NCBI GenBank assembly: GCA_964574335.1
Contig: CAZNNH010000004.1
Span: 28,724-92,723 of the forward strand
Direction: 5' to 3'
DNA: 64,000 nt
DNA from: an uncultured Acidobacteriota bacterium
GTDB lineage: Bacteria > Acidobacteriota > Vicinamibacteria > Fen-336
Position 1 is the first letter of the stretch; the number at the start of each line of letters is the position of its first letter. Below are positions 1 through 10,508 of the stretch, in pieces. Position numbers and translations under genes: made by a program. The notes beneath the pieces were generated by a model that saw only the letters and a program-made list of their open reading frames with translations, searched no databases and had not been told where the DNA came from.

Positions 1-849
1 GCTGGAAGCGCCCGAGACGACCTCGATGATCTCCTTGGTGATCGCCGCCTGGCGCACCTTGTTCATATGAAGGGTCAGCCGGTCGATCATCTCGGCGGCG
101 TTGTTGGTGGCCGCGTCCATCGCGGTCATCCGCGCCCCGTGCTCGGCGGCAATCGACTCCAGCAGCGCCCGATAGACCTGGGTCTCGACGTGGCGGGGCA
201 GCAGGCTTTCGAAGATCGCCTTGGGCGAAGGCTCGTAGATGTAGTCGAAGGCCGGCTGCGTCGGCTGCAACGATCGCTTCTCGATCGGCAGCAGCCGCTC
301 CGCCACCACCCGCTGCTGGATCACGCTCTTGAACTCGTTGAACACCAGGTGGATCTCGTCGAAACGATCGTCGATGAAGACCTCGATCAGCTCCCTGGCG
401 ATCCGCTGCGCGGTTGCGTAGCTCAGCGCCTGAAAGATCCCGACGTGCTCGCTGTGGACGCTCAGGTGGCGGCGCCGGAAGTGGTCGCGGCCCTTCCGGC
501 CCACCAGGCCGAGCTCGACCTTCTTGTCCCGGCGCTGGTCGATGATCCGCGAGGCGAGCCGGATGATGTTGGCGTTGAAGCCGCCACACAGCCCCTTGTC
601 GGCGGTGATCACCACCAGGAGCTGGCGCTCGTCGCCCTTCTCCTGCAGCAGCGGGTGGTACTCGGGCGCGGCGCGGGTGGCCATGCTGTTCAGCACCTGC
701 AGCATCAGACGGGCGTAGGGGCGCGCCGCGAAGATCGCCTCCTGGGCCCGGCGGAGCTTGGCGGCCGAGATCATCTTCATGGCCCGGGTGATCTGCTGCG
801 TGTTGCGCACGCTGCGGATCCGGCGTCGGATGTCGATCAGGGCGGGCAT
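1..849 (-). CDS. atpG: F0F1 ATP synthase gamma subunit. The C-terminus is cut by the window edge; the start is ATG at 847-849.
   Basis: Minus-strand translation begins MPALIDIRRRIRSVRNTQQITRAMKMISAAKLRRAQ and ends ...MNKVRQAAITKEIIEVVSGASS, running off position 1. This is the canonical gamma-subunit N- and C-terminus. The + strand ORF 67..891 is an antisense artefact. Confidence 0.9.
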   Translation of the reverse strand, partial: MPALIDIRRRIRSVRNTQQITRAMKMISAAKLRRAQEAIFAARPYARLMLQVLNSMATRAAPEYHPLLQEKGDERQLLVVITADKGLCGGFNANIIRLASRIIDQRRDKKVELGLVGRKGRDHFRRRHLSVHSEHVGIFQALSYATAQRIARELIEVFIDDRFDEIHLVFNEFKSVIQQRVVAERLLPIEKRSLQPTQPAFDYIYEPSPKAIFESLLPRHVETQVYRALLESIAAEHGARMTAMDAATNNAAEMIDRLTLHMNKVRQAAITKEIIEVVSGASS

Positions 850-859
850 CTTTGGAGGC

Positions 860-2377
<1,518 letters not shown>

Positions 2378-2435
2378 AGACTCTCCGACCCGCGGCGGGC
2401 GCGCCGCGGGAGCTAGCTTCCCACCACCTCGAGCG

Positions 2436-2993
2436 TCATCGGCCGGGCGCCTCTTCCAGGAGCCGTTGGCGCAGGAGCTGGAGGCGCCCGCGCAAGCTCC
2501 CGTCGTAGACACGTCCGGCGAGGCTCAGCCGGAGGCTACCCAGAAGCCCAGGCTCCACACGGTAGCTGAGCTCGACCGGCTTTCCGGCCAGCCGCTCGAC
2601 CGCCGCATGGATGGCCGACGCTTGGCCTTCGTCGAGGGCCATCGCCGACGCCACCTCCGCCGACAGCACGCCTCGGTGCTGGTTCCACGCCTGGCCGTAC
2701 GCCTTGTTGATGGCCGGCAACAGCCGGAGCCGGTTCCGTCCCGCCAGAAGCACCAGCAGCCGCACCAGGAGCGGTCGGCCCCGGCCCTCCCAAACCGCCT
2801 CGACCAGCCGCCGCTTCTTGTCGGCGGTCAACGCCGGATGGCCCAAGGCCACGCCGAGCTCGGCGTGCTGCTCCAACACCGAAACGGCCCGTTGGAGCTC
2901 CGCCCGCAGCCCCTCGGCCTCCCCTGAGGCCAGGGCCAAGTCGAGCAGCGCCCGCGCGTAACGTCGGGCGGCGCCGGTCTCGGTCTTCCTCAC
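2436..2993 (-). CDS. atpH: F0F1 ATP synthase delta (OSCP) subunit
   Basis: A 185-aa protein whose length and profile ([20 protein letters not shown]...) match OSCP/delta. It lies immediately upstream of atpA. Confidence 0.85.
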   Translation of the reverse strand: MRKTETGAARRYARALLDLALASGEAEGLRAELQRAVSVLEQHAELGVALGHPALTADKKRRLVEAVWEGRGRPLLVRLLVLLAGRNRLRLLPAINKAYGQAWNQHRGVLSAEVASAMALDEGQASAIHAAVERLAGKPVELSYRVEPGLLGSLRLSLAGRVYDGSLRGRLQLLRQRLLEEAPGR

Positions 2994-3089
2994 GGTCGCT
3001 CCGCGCCGGCTCGGCGAGGTGGTCTCAGGCGGAAGGGCACGGGATCGATCCCTTGTGGCCGCCCCGGGCGCGGGGCGAAAAAACGCTGC

Positions 3090-3118
3090 AGGTTAGCATG
3101 GGGTCCGAGACGAGTCAA
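3090..3118 (-). promoter_or_regulatory. Candidate sigma-70 promoter for atpH-atpA-atpG. On the minus strand the -35 is TTGACT (3113-3118), followed by a 17-nt spacer and a -10 TAACCT (3090-3095).
   Basis: Read directly from the sequence. The -35 is perfect and the -10 is weak. It lies 95 nt upstream of the atpH start in an otherwise GC-rich spacer. Confidence 0.3.
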
Positions 3119-3158
3119 AATGCTCGATCGGCGTCGACCCTATATACAACAAGGTATC

Positions 3159-3524
3159 CTATGGCTGCTTCGGCTCGGGGGCCGGACCGGGCCCACCCAT
3201 GTCGCAGTCACCCTGGAACAGGGCCCCCTCTTCGATCAACAGGCGGGGGGTCACCAGGGTCGCCTGAACCCGGGAGCCGGACAGCAGCTCGATCCGCTGG
3301 CGGCCCCGCACGTGCCCCTTGACGCTGCCCCGGATCGAGACCACCCCGCAATCGATCTCGGCCTCCACCGTCCCCGCCTCTCCGACGATCAGCGTGTTCT
3401 CGGAGACCACCCGGCCCCTGATGTGGCCGTCCACCCGGAACGTGTTTCGGAAACGGAGCTCTCCGAGGAACTCGCTGCCCTGATCCATGAAGCCGTTCAG
3501 CTCCTCGACCGCCTTGCCTCTCAT
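3159..3524 (-). CDS. Bactofilin (DUF583 beta-helical cytoskeletal protein), 121 aa
   Basis: This is the C-terminal 121 aa of track ORF 3159..4247, starting at ATG 3522-3524. Repeats LIVGEAGTVEAEIDCGVVSIRGSVKGHVRG...LIEEGALFQGDCDM match the bactofilin consensus (compare Caulobacter BacA ...SIEQGAYFEG). The upstream part of the track ORF is an out-of-frame overlap with parB. Confidence 0.8.
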   Translation of the reverse strand: MRGKAVEELNGFMDQGSEFLGELRFRNTFRVDGHIRGRVVSENTLIVGEAGTVEAEIDCGVVSIRGSVKGHVRGRQRIELLSGSRVQATLVTPRLLIEEGALFQGDCDMGGPGPAPEPKQP

Positions 3525-3550
3525 GGTCGGACCCCCGCGGTCATCACCGG

Positions 3551-4405
3551 TCACACCGATCTTCCGGACCGGACCAGTTGCTCGAAGAGCCGGGTCAGCT
3601 CGGCTTCGTCGGCAAAGGACACCTTCAGCACCCCTCCGCGCCGGCGCCGCACGATCTCGACACGGGTCCCGAGCGCGGCCCGGAGCCTCTCCTCGGCCGC
3701 CCGGGTGTTGGGTTCTGCGCGAGCGCCGCGCTTGGCGCTCGGCTGACGCTCCGACGACGACACGCGTCGCTCGACCTCGCGCACCGACAGGCCACGCCGG
3801 GCGGTCTCGCGCGCCAGCGTCACCTGGTCCTCCACCCGGTCGAGAGCGAGCAGGGCTCGCGCGTGTCCGGCCTCCAGGCGTCCCTCGGCAAGAAGCTCCC
3901 TGACCACCTGGGGCAGCCTCAATAGACGCAGGGTGTTGGTTACCGTGGAGCGCTCGCGGCCCACGCGCCGCGCGATCTCCTCTTGGGTCAAGCCCAGCTC
4001 CTGCTGGAGGCGCTGGTAGGCCTGGGCCTCTTCGAGCGCACTCAGGTCCTCGCGCTGCAGGTTCTCGACCAGGGCCAGCTCCAGCAGCCGCTCGTCGGCA
4101 ACCTCGCGGACGGTCACGGGCACCGTGCGCAGGCCCAGCTTCTGGGCTGCGCGCCAGCGGCGTTCGCCGGCCACGATCTGGAAGCGTCCGCCTCGAGGCC
4201 GGACCAGGATCGGCTGCACGATACCCGACTCCCGGATCGAGGCGCACAGCTCGTCCAGGCGCTCTGGCGCTATCCGGCTTCGTGGCTGGCGGGGATTCGG
4301 CTCGAGGTTCCCGATCGGGACCTCGGCGCTGGCCTCCCGCCCCTCGGGCGCCTCAGGCTCCGGAATCAGGGCCGAGAGGCCCTTCCCCAGCGCGCGTCGT
4401 TTCAT
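3551..4405 (-). CDS. parB: Chromosome partitioning protein ParB (Spo0J)
   Basis: MKRRALGKGLSALIP... carries the ParB box GERRWRAA and an HTH. Length is 284 aa. Confidence 0.95.
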   Translation of the reverse strand: MKRRALGKGLSALIPEPEAPEGREASAEVPIGNLEPNPRQPRSRIAPERLDELCASIRESGIVQPILVRPRGGRFQIVAGERRWRAAQKLGLRTVPVTVREVADERLLELALVENLQREDLSALEEAQAYQRLQQELGLTQEEIARRVGRERSTVTNTLRLLRLPQVVRELLAEGRLEAGHARALLALDRVEDQVTLARETARRGLSVREVERRVSSSERQPSAKRGARAEPNTRAAEERLRAALGTRVEIVRRRRGGVLKVSFADEAELTRLFEQLVRSGRSV

Positions 4406-5159
4406 GGCCCATCACTTCTCTTGCCAGCTCCAGGTAGGCCTCGGCTCCCTTGGAGCGAATGTCATAGGTCAGGATCGGCTTGCCGAAGCTGGGAGCCTCC
4501 CCCAGCCGGACCGATCGCGGGATCGTGGTCTGATAGACCGCCTCCTTGAAGTGCCCTCGGACCTCGGCCATCACCTGCTGGGTCAGGTTCATGCGCTGGT
4601 CGACCATGGTGAGCAGCACACCCTCGAGCGCCAGCCGTGGGTTGATGCCAGCCTGCACGCGGCGCAGTGTGGACACCAGGTCCGAGATACCCTCCAGCGC
4701 GAAGTACTCGCACTGGAGTGGGATGAGCGCTCCGTCGGCGGCGGCGAGAGCGTTCAGCGTGAGCAGGCCGAGGCTCGGCGGACAGTCGATCAACGTGTAC
4801 TCGAACCGCTGCCTTGCCGAGTCCAACGCGTCCCGGAGGCGGTACTCCCGCCGCTCTGTCGGGACCAGCTCAACTTCGGCGCCGGTCAGGTTCCGATCAG
4901 AGGGTGCGAGGGACAGGTGAGTCAGGTCGGTTCCCAACAGCACCTCTTCCAGCGGCCGCCCCTCGATCAGGACGTCATAGACGCTCGGACGTGGTTCCTT
5001 GGTCTTGCGTCCCAGGCCGGAGGTGAGGTTGCCCTGGGGATCGAGGTCGATCGCCAGGACGGATCGCTCGGCGGCCGCCAGCGACGCGGCCAGGTTGATG
5101 GCGGTGGTGGTCTTGCCAACGCCGCCCTTCTGGTTGGTGATGGCTATCACGCGACCCAC
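4353..5159 (-). CDS. parA: Chromosome partitioning ATPase ParA (Soj)
   Basis: MGRVIAITNQKGGVGKTTTAINLAA contains the deviant Walker A motif. Length is 268 aa. It overlaps the parB start by 53 nt. Confidence 0.95.
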   Translation of the reverse strand: MGRVIAITNQKGGVGKTTTAINLAASLAAAERSVLAIDLDPQGNLTSGLGRKTKEPRPSVYDVLIEGRPLEEVLLGTDLTHLSLAPSDRNLTGAEVELVPTERREYRLRDALDSARQRFEYTLIDCPPSLGLLTLNALAAADGALIPLQCEYFALEGISDLVSTLRRVQAGINPRLALEGVLLTMVDQRMNLTQQVMAEVRGHFKEAVYQTTIPRSVRLGEAPSFGKPILTYDIRSKGAEAYLELAREVMGHETTRAGEGPLGPDSGA

Positions 5160-5188
5160 GCCGACCTCCGGGCGCGGAGGATACCACA

Positions 5189-5204
5189 GGTTTCACGTGG
5201 AACG
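5189..5204. promoter_or_regulatory. parS: parS centromere-like site (GGTTTCACGTGGAACG)
   Basis: 13 of 16 positions match the parS consensus TGTTTCACGTGAAACA. It sits 30 bp upstream of parA and overlaps the rsmG stop codon. Confidence 0.7.
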
Positions 5205-5732
5205 TGGCCCCCCCCCCGAGTGCCGGAAGGCATGCAGCCGTGGGGATTTGAGGCCCGGCTGCGGGTGGAAGTCGGGGTCTGACAGGGGCTCCCTCCCGAG
5301 AGTCAAGACCAGCCCGCCAGGGCGCACCAGGTGGCGGAGCTGACCGGGAGTGAGCCGCAGCGCGCGAACCGTTACCGTCTGTGCGGGTGGCCCCCCGTAC
5401 TCGTCGTGCCTCGCGCGCACCACCCGCACATCCCCCCGCTCCAGGCACCGCACGACGTCGCGCAGGAACGCCCACCTCTTCAGGCGGGGCTCCAGCAGCG
5501 TAACCGAGAGATCGGGCCGCAGCAGCGCAAGAACCAACCCCGGCGATCCGTTTCCGCTTCCCACATCGACGAGATCCGGACCCTCCACCCACTCCAGGGC
5601 CTCCACCACCGGCTCGACGAGAACCCGGACCCGTGCGGCCTCGTCGCCCGCCGCTGTCAAGTTGGTCCGCCGACCCCAGGCGGCGACCTGATCGAGATAG
5701 ATGGAGATCGGCTCGATGCTGGCACGGGGCAC
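5193..5732 (-). CDS. rsmG: 16S rRNA (guanine527-N7)-methyltransferase RsmG (GidB). The start codon is uncertain.
   Basis: The SAM-methyltransferase core (LVDVGSGNGSPGLVLALL) and the N-terminal block ISIYLDQVAAWGRRTNLTA align to E. coli RsmG. The first in-frame start after the jag stop is GTG at 5730-5732. Track ORF 5193..6029 extends through jag in another frame, which cannot be real. Confidence 0.75.
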   Translation of the reverse strand: MPRASIEPISIYLDQVAAWGRRTNLTAAGDEAARVRVLVEPVVEALEWVEGPDLVDVGSGNGSPGLVLALLRPDLSVTLLEPRLKRWAFLRDVVRCLERGDVRVVRARHDEYGGPPAQTVTVRALRLTPGQLRHLVRPGGLVLTLGREPLSDPDFHPQPGLKSPRLHAFRHSGGGPRST

Positions 5733-5770
5733 GGCCAGCTCGACCAGCCGCGCGCGAAGACGCTCTCGGG

Positions 5771-6442
5771 CTACTGTGGCTCCTTGTGGTGTCCGGCCTC
5801 GGCAAGGGTCGGTACGCTCGGGGCCACCACCAGACGCCGCTCGGCGCCCTCCCCCTGGCTGTAGGTTCTGAGCCCGGGCTCGCTCGACAAGGCCATGTGG
5901 ACCAGGCGGCGCTCGTAGGAGTTGAGCTGGGGCGCTTCCTGGGCCGAGCCGCGCTCGCGGACCTCCTGGGCCAGGCGCGCCGCCAGCTCTCTCAGCTCGC
6001 CGTCCCGACCCTCCCGATACCCTTCGCAATCGATCGTGAGCCGAGGCGCCGAGGGGTCACTTCCCGCCGCCTTCTGGAGCAGCAGCTCGAGGGCCCTCAG
6101 GGGCTGGGTGCCGTCCTCGACCAGAGGGGCACACCCCGGACCAGAGAGTCGCAGCCTCAGCCGGGAGCCCTCCCGCTGCACCCACTCCAGGTGAATGGAC
6201 GACCCCATGGCCGCAGCCAACGCCGTGACGATGCTGTCGATCTTCTCATCTGGGAGCGTCGTCGATGCCTCGGTGTCGGGGCCCGGGGCCCCCTCGGAGC
6301 CCGCCAGGACCGCGATCCGGACCGCGCGATCCCCCCCTTCCAGTCGGACGTACCGAAGGCGGTCTGGCGCCACGCCGAAGAGGCGACAGGCCTGGAGCAC
6401 AACGTCGTCCAGCGACGGCCCCTCGAAGATCCGGTCCTTCAT
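5771..6442 (-). CDS. jag: Jag/KhpB-like RNA-binding protein (KH plus R3H domains)
   Basis: The 223-aa C-terminal part of track ORF 5771..7399 begins at MKDRIFEGPSLDDV. Its ATG overlaps the yidC stop (ATGA). An R3H motif is present near the C-terminus. Confidence 0.85.
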   Translation of the reverse strand: MKDRIFEGPSLDDVVLQACRLFGVAPDRLRYVRLEGGDRAVRIAVLAGSEGAPGPDTEASTTLPDEKIDSIVTALAAAMGSSIHLEWVQREGSRLRLRLSGPGCAPLVEDGTQPLRALELLLQKAAGSDPSAPRLTIDCEGYREGRDGELRELAARLAQEVRERGSAQEAPQLNSYERRLVHMALSSEPGLRTYSQGEGAERRLVVAPSVPTLAEAGHHKEPQ

Positions 6443-8124
6443 TTCCGCGCCTTCCGCTCGCCACCCTTCCGCGGAGTCTCGTGGCTGTGGCGCCGGATCC
6501 AACTCAGGGTGACACCCTGCTGGATGATCGAGCACAGGTTCGAGGCCAGCCAGTAGAGGTTGAGCCCGGCGGGGGCGGCGAAGAACATCGCCACCAGCAC
6601 CACCGGCATGATCAGCATGATCCGCTGCTGCGCCGGGTCCATGGCGGTGGGTGTCATGCGCTGCATCGCCAGCATCGACACCCCCATCAGGATCGGGGTC
6701 AGGTAGAGAGGATCCTTCTGGCTCAGGTCGGGGATCCACAGGAAATCGGCGCCGCGCAGGTCGATGGAGACCATCAGCACGCGATAGAAGGCGATCAAGA
6801 ACGGCATGGTGAGCAAGATCGGCAGGCACCCCACGGTCATCTGCGTGCTCATGCTCATGCCGTGGCGAGCGTACAGGGCTTGGATCTCCGCCTGCATCTC
6901 CTGCCGGCGGGGGTCGAGCGCTGGCACCTTCCGATACCGCTCCTGGATGACCTTCATCTCCGGGGCGAGCTTGGCCATCTTGACGCCGTTGGCGATGCTG
7001 TAGTGCCGGAGTGGCGACATGGCGACGTTGATCAGCAGGGTGAGAACGATGATCGACCAGCCGTAGTTGCCGATGTGCCCGTGAACCCAGCGCAAGAGCC
7101 CCAGTAAGGGGATCACCACCGGACCGATCCAGTCCCCCACCGGGACCACGCGGGATAGACCGTGTCCCAGCAGCTTGAGCGTGTGGTAGTCCTTCGGGCC
7201 CACGTAGAGCCGCACACGGGGGTCGGCATCGCTCAGCTCGAACAGAACTTCCGGCAGCAACTCCGCCTCTTCCGTGCCAGGAATCTTCACGCTCGAGGCC
7301 CGCAGCCTGACGGTGCCCCGGTCGGCCTCGGGCACCCACAGCGCCGTGAAGTACATGGCTTCGATCCCCGCCCACCGGACCGCCTGGTTGCCCGACCAAC
7401 GGTCCAGCTTCTTGGGGGGGACCCTCTCGAGCCCTCCGTCGGTCATCAAGACCGCCTGCGGCTTCACGTAGCCGTAGACTTCCTGCTCCCTCGCGCTCGG
7501 ATTGCCGAGGCCCGGGCCCCAGACCAGTTGCACCGGAATCGGCTTCCCGTCCCGCACCACCCGAGCGCTGACCTCCACCTCGTACCCACCCAGCAGCTCG
7601 AGCGTCTTTGTTGCCTGGACGTGGCCGTCGCTGTACTCGAGGACCACCTTCCGCCGGCTCTCGTCAGTCTCGCTCGGTCCTTGGAAGAGCGCGTCCTCGA
7701 GCAGGGCGTCGAGCTCCTCGTCTCCGGTCTCCATGTCCAAGGGCCGCTTGAGACCCGGAGCCGCCCGAAGCATCTCTTCGGGCCGACCACGATGGTCGGG
7801 ATAGGCGAGCAATTCCCAGCCGACCAGCCTCGCCCCTCGGTTGGTCATCGCGATCGAGAACACCTCATTGCGCAGCTCCAGGCGGCGCTCGCTCTGCTCG
7901 GAGATGAGCGGCGCAGGCGTCGCCTCCGGCTCTACGCGCCCCTTCTCGCTCACTCCCGGCACCGGCTCCGCTTCCAGCGGAGTGGCGTCCGGCAATGGTT
8001 CCTCGGCCACCTGCGCCGGCGGCAGCTCCACCTTCGGCGGAGGCGGCGGGAACACCACCCGGTATCCGATCAGAACCAGGAACGACAACGCCACGGCCAG
8101 CAGGAGTCGACGCTCGTCCATCAC
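6439..8124 (-). CDS. yidC: Membrane protein insertase YidC
   Basis: A 561-aa protein with an N-terminal TM segment, a large periplasmic domain, and the C-terminal 60 kDa inner-membrane-protein core with multiple TM helices. Confidence 0.95.
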   Translation of the reverse strand: MMDERRLLLAVALSFLVLIGYRVVFPPPPPKVELPPAQVAEEPLPDATPLEAEPVPGVSEKGRVEPEATPAPLISEQSERRLELRNEVFSIAMTNRGARLVGWELLAYPDHRGRPEEMLRAAPGLKRPLDMETGDEELDALLEDALFQGPSETDESRRKVVLEYSDGHVQATKTLELLGGYEVEVSARVVRDGKPIPVQLVWGPGLGNPSAREQEVYGYVKPQAVLMTDGGLERVPPKKLDRWSGNQAVRWAGIEAMYFTALWVPEADRGTVRLRASSVKIPGTEEAELLPEVLFELSDADPRVRLYVGPKDYHTLKLLGHGLSRVVPVGDWIGPVVIPLLGLLRWVHGHIGNYGWSIIVLTLLINVAMSPLRHYSIANGVKMAKLAPEMKVIQERYRKVPALDPRRQEMQAEIQALYARHGMSMSTQMTVGCLPILLTMPFLIAFYRVLMVSIDLRGADFLWIPDLSQKDPLYLTPILMGVSMLAMQRMTPTAMDPAQQRIMLIMPVVLVAMFFAAPAGLNLYWLASNLCSIIQQGVTLSWIRRHSHETPRKGGERKARK

Positions 8125-8130
8125 CTCGCC

Positions 8131-8325
8131 CTATGGAACCGGATCATGGCCACCCCTCTGGAACGGCTGGCACCTCAGGATCCGCCTGAGCGCCAACCAA
8201 CCACCCCGCCGAGCCCCGTGCCGTCGAATCGCCTCTCGACCGTACTCGCTACAGGTCGGCATGAAACGGCAATGCCCCCCAAGCAGTGGGGAGAGCGTCA
8301 ATTGATACAGCCTAATGAGAGCCAT
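8131..8325 (-). CDS. yidD: Membrane protein insertion efficiency factor YidD
   Basis: [64 protein letters not shown] (64 aa) carries the YidD signature. Confidence 0.85.
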   Translation of the reverse strand: MALIRLYQLTLSPLLGGHCRFMPTCSEYGREAIRRHGARRGGWLALRRILRCQPFQRGGHDPVP

Positions 8326-8704
8326 CAGGGCGCGCGCGGCGAGCGTCCTTCCGGGCGGCGAGTCGTCGCATCCTCTGACGGAACTCACCTTCGAGTGCAT
8401 CGTAGGACTGTGCCGCGATCCCCTGTTTTGCGACGACCACAAGATCCCCCGGCCAGGGGATGGTGGACTTGTTCCGTCTGTAGATCTCGCGAAGCAGGCG
8501 CTTGACCCGGTTACGGATGGCCGCGCATCCGACCTTTCGGCTAACCGCCAGACCCAACCGGGAGTGCCCCAGCCGGGTTCCCACCGCGACCAGCACGAAG
8601 TGCTGGCCGTCGAGTCGAAGCCCCCGGCCCAAGGCGCGCCGAAAGTCTCGTCCTGCCCGGAGCCTCTCATGGCCACGGAGCCGCGAGCCCGGCGCCTTCG
8701 CCAA
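8312..8704 (-). CDS. rnpA: Ribonuclease P protein component
   Basis: A basic 130-aa protein with an RnpA-like LRxxxRLxxxxDFxxV...G profile. It sits in the conserved rpmH-rnpA-yidD-yidC position. The track start is a TTG. Confidence 0.85.
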   Translation of the reverse strand: MAKAPGSRLRGHERLRAGRDFRRALGRGLRLDGQHFVLVAVGTRLGHSRLGLAVSRKVGCAAIRNRVKRLLREIYRRNKSTIPWPGDLVVVAKQGIAAQSYDALEGEFRQRMRRLAARKDARRARPDGSH

Positions 8705-8709
8705 CGCCT

Positions 8710-8844
8710 CTAGACGCTCAGGCGATGGCGCCCCTTCTGGCGACGCCGCTTCAGCACCAGTCGGCCGCTGCGGCTCCGCATCCGCACCAAGAACCCGTGC
8801 GTTCTCTTCCGCTTGCGGTTGTTCGGCTGATAAGTCCTCTTCAT
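8710..8844 (-). CDS. rpmH: 50S ribosomal protein L34. This gene is not in the ORF track because it is shorter than 60 aa.
   Basis: Hand translation of the minus strand gives [44 protein letters not shown], the near-universal L34 sequence. Confidence 0.95.
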   Translation of the reverse strand: MKRTYQPNNRKRKRTHGFLVRMRSRSGRLVLKRRRQKGRHRLSV

Positions 8845-9194
8845 GATTCCCCGTGCCTCTTGCTCGCCCCGGGCCCCACGCTCGGACCCTCCATGGGAAA
8901 AGATTGATTGTCGTCCATGTCCCGGTTGCCTGTCAAACCGGCCCTTCCTTGAGCCTTGTCACACCCCGGCTCGTGTGCTATTTTTTGATGCTGCGCCGAG
9001 TAAGGCTTCTCCTTCGTTGGACACGCCAGGGATGGCCGTTTTCCACAAGTGTTGAAATTCCTGTGCAAAAGGTTTTTCGCCCGACCTGGCTCCTCCTTGC
9101 CGCCGAGGAGTCTTCGTAACTGTATAACCAGCAAAGAGTTACTCCATTATGGGCGTTCGTTGGTGAGACCCGCTCTCGGGCTGGGAGACCGACC
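8845..9194. other. oriC: Candidate oriC in the rpmH-dnaA intergenic region
   Basis: Genes diverge here (minus strand to the left, plus strand to the right). The region is locally AT-rich (tgctattttttgatg at 8978-8992). DnaA-box-like 9-mers are TTTTCCACA (9029-9037, 8/9 to TTATCCACA), TGTGCAAAA (9052-9060) and TGTATAACC (9111-9119). Confidence 0.5.
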
Positions 9195-10508
9195 ATGAAC
9201 CTCTGGGACCAGGTTCTCCTACGCCTCGAGCACAAGCTCAACCGGCACAGCTTCGCCACTTGGTTCCGACCGACCTCCTTTCTCTATCTCGAGGGCTCGA
9301 ACCTCGGCGTTCAGGTCCCCAACGCCCAGTTCAAGGACTGGCTCAACAAGAACTACCGTGGCGTCATCTCCGAGGCGCTCCGGGAGCTCGGCCAGGAAGG
9401 TATCGAGCCGCTCTTCGAGGCCAGCGCCGACGCCCTCGCCCCGACCGACACGTCTGCCTCACCACCCGAGGCCGAGGTCGATGCCGCTTCGACCCGTCAC
9501 CTGAACCCAAAGTACACGTTCGAGAGCTTCGTGGTCGGATCCTCCAATCAGTTCGCCCATGCCGCCGCCCGTGCCGTCGCAGAGATCCCGTCCAAGTCCT
9601 ACAACCCCCTCTTCCTCTACGGCGGCGTCGGTCTCGGCAAGACCCACCTCATGCACGCGATCGGCCACTACATTCGGGCCCGCAACCGCCACTTGCGCCT
9701 GGTCTACATCTCGTCCGATCGCTTCTTCAACGAGATGATCAACGCCATCCGCTTCGATCGGCTTCCCGCCTTCCGTCACAAGTACCGCAACGTGGACGTG
9801 CTGCTGGTGGACGACATCCAGTTCATTGCCGGCAAAGACCGCACCCAGGAGGAGTTCTTCCACATCTTCAACTCCCTCCACGACGGCCAGAAGCAGATCG
9901 TCATCTCCTCGGACTGCCCACCCAGGCAGATCCCGACCCTGGAAGAGCGTCTCCACAGCCGTTTCGAATGGGGCCTGATTGCCGACATCCAGCCCCCCGA
10001 CATCGAGACCAAGGTCGCCATTCTTCGCAAGAAGGCCGCCGCTGAGCGCGTCGAGATCCCCGAGAACGTGGCCCTGTTCATCGCGAGCAAGGTACGCACC
10101 AACGTACGCGAGCTCGAGGGAAGCTTGATCCGGCTGATTGCCTACGCCAGCTTGACCGGGCGTGATATCGACCTGGGACTCACCCAGGAGGTGCTCCGAG
10201 ACATCCTCCACACCGACGAGAAGCCGATCACCATGGAGATGATCCAGAAGTTCGTGGCCGATCACTACAACGTCAAGCTCCCGGAGCTCAAGGCCAAGAA
10301 CAACTCCAAGGCCGTCGCCTTCCCGCGGCAGGTTGCCATGTACCTGACCAAGACCCTGACCGGCGCGTCGCTGCCCGAGATTGGAAAGGGCTTCGGAGGC
10401 AAGCATCATTCCACCGTCATCCACTCGGTGCGCAAGATCGAGGGGGAGCGGAAGAAGAACCCCGAGTTCGACAGGCTTATCAACAGCTTCGTCCAAGCAT
10501 TTCGATGA
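9195..10508 (+). CDS. dnaA: Chromosomal replication initiator DnaA
   Basis: A 437-aa protein with Walker A (GGVGLGKTHLMHAIG) and a C-terminal DnaA-box-binding domain. Confidence 0.97.
   Translation: MNLWDQVLLRLEHKLNRHSFATWFRPTSFLYLEGSNLGVQVPNAQFKDWLNKNYRGVISEALRELGQEGIEPLFEASADALAPTDTSASPPEAEVDAASTRHLNPKYTFESFVVGSSNQFAHAAARAVAEIPSKSYNPLFLYGGVGLGKTHLMHAIGHYIRARNRHLRLVYISSDRFFNEMINAIRFDRLPAFRHKYRNVDVLLVDDIQFIAGKDRTQEEFFHIFNSLHDGQKQIVISSDCPPRQIPTLEERLHSRFEWGLIADIQPPDIETKVAILRKKAAAERVEIPENVALFIASKVRTNVRELEGSLIRLIAYASLTGRDIDLGLTQEVLRDILHTDEKPITMEMIQKFVADHYNVKLPELKAKNNSKAVAFPRQVAMYLTKTLTGASLPEIGKGFGGKHHSTVIHSVRKIEGERKKNPEFDRLINSFVQAFR

Noticed and set aside
3072-3094. GC hairpin GCCCCGGGCGCGGGGC followed by AAAAAA, as a possible terminator after the bactofilin gene
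   Set aside because: On the minus (transcribed) strand the U-run precedes the hairpin rather than following it, and on the plus strand the run is A rather than U. It is therefore not a canonical intrinsic terminator in either direction.
5771-7399. 542-aa track ORF spanning the jag and yidC regions
   Set aside because: Only the last 223 aa (from MKDRIFEG at 6442) are Jag. The upstream part is an out-of-frame read-through of yidC, which is clearly encoded in another frame (6439..8124).
8853-9119. 88-aa plus-strand ORF in the rpmH-dnaA spacer
   Set aside because: It lies in the AT-richer origin region with DnaA-box-like motifs. It has no RBS and its composition is unlike neighbouring genes, so it is more likely non-coding oriC.
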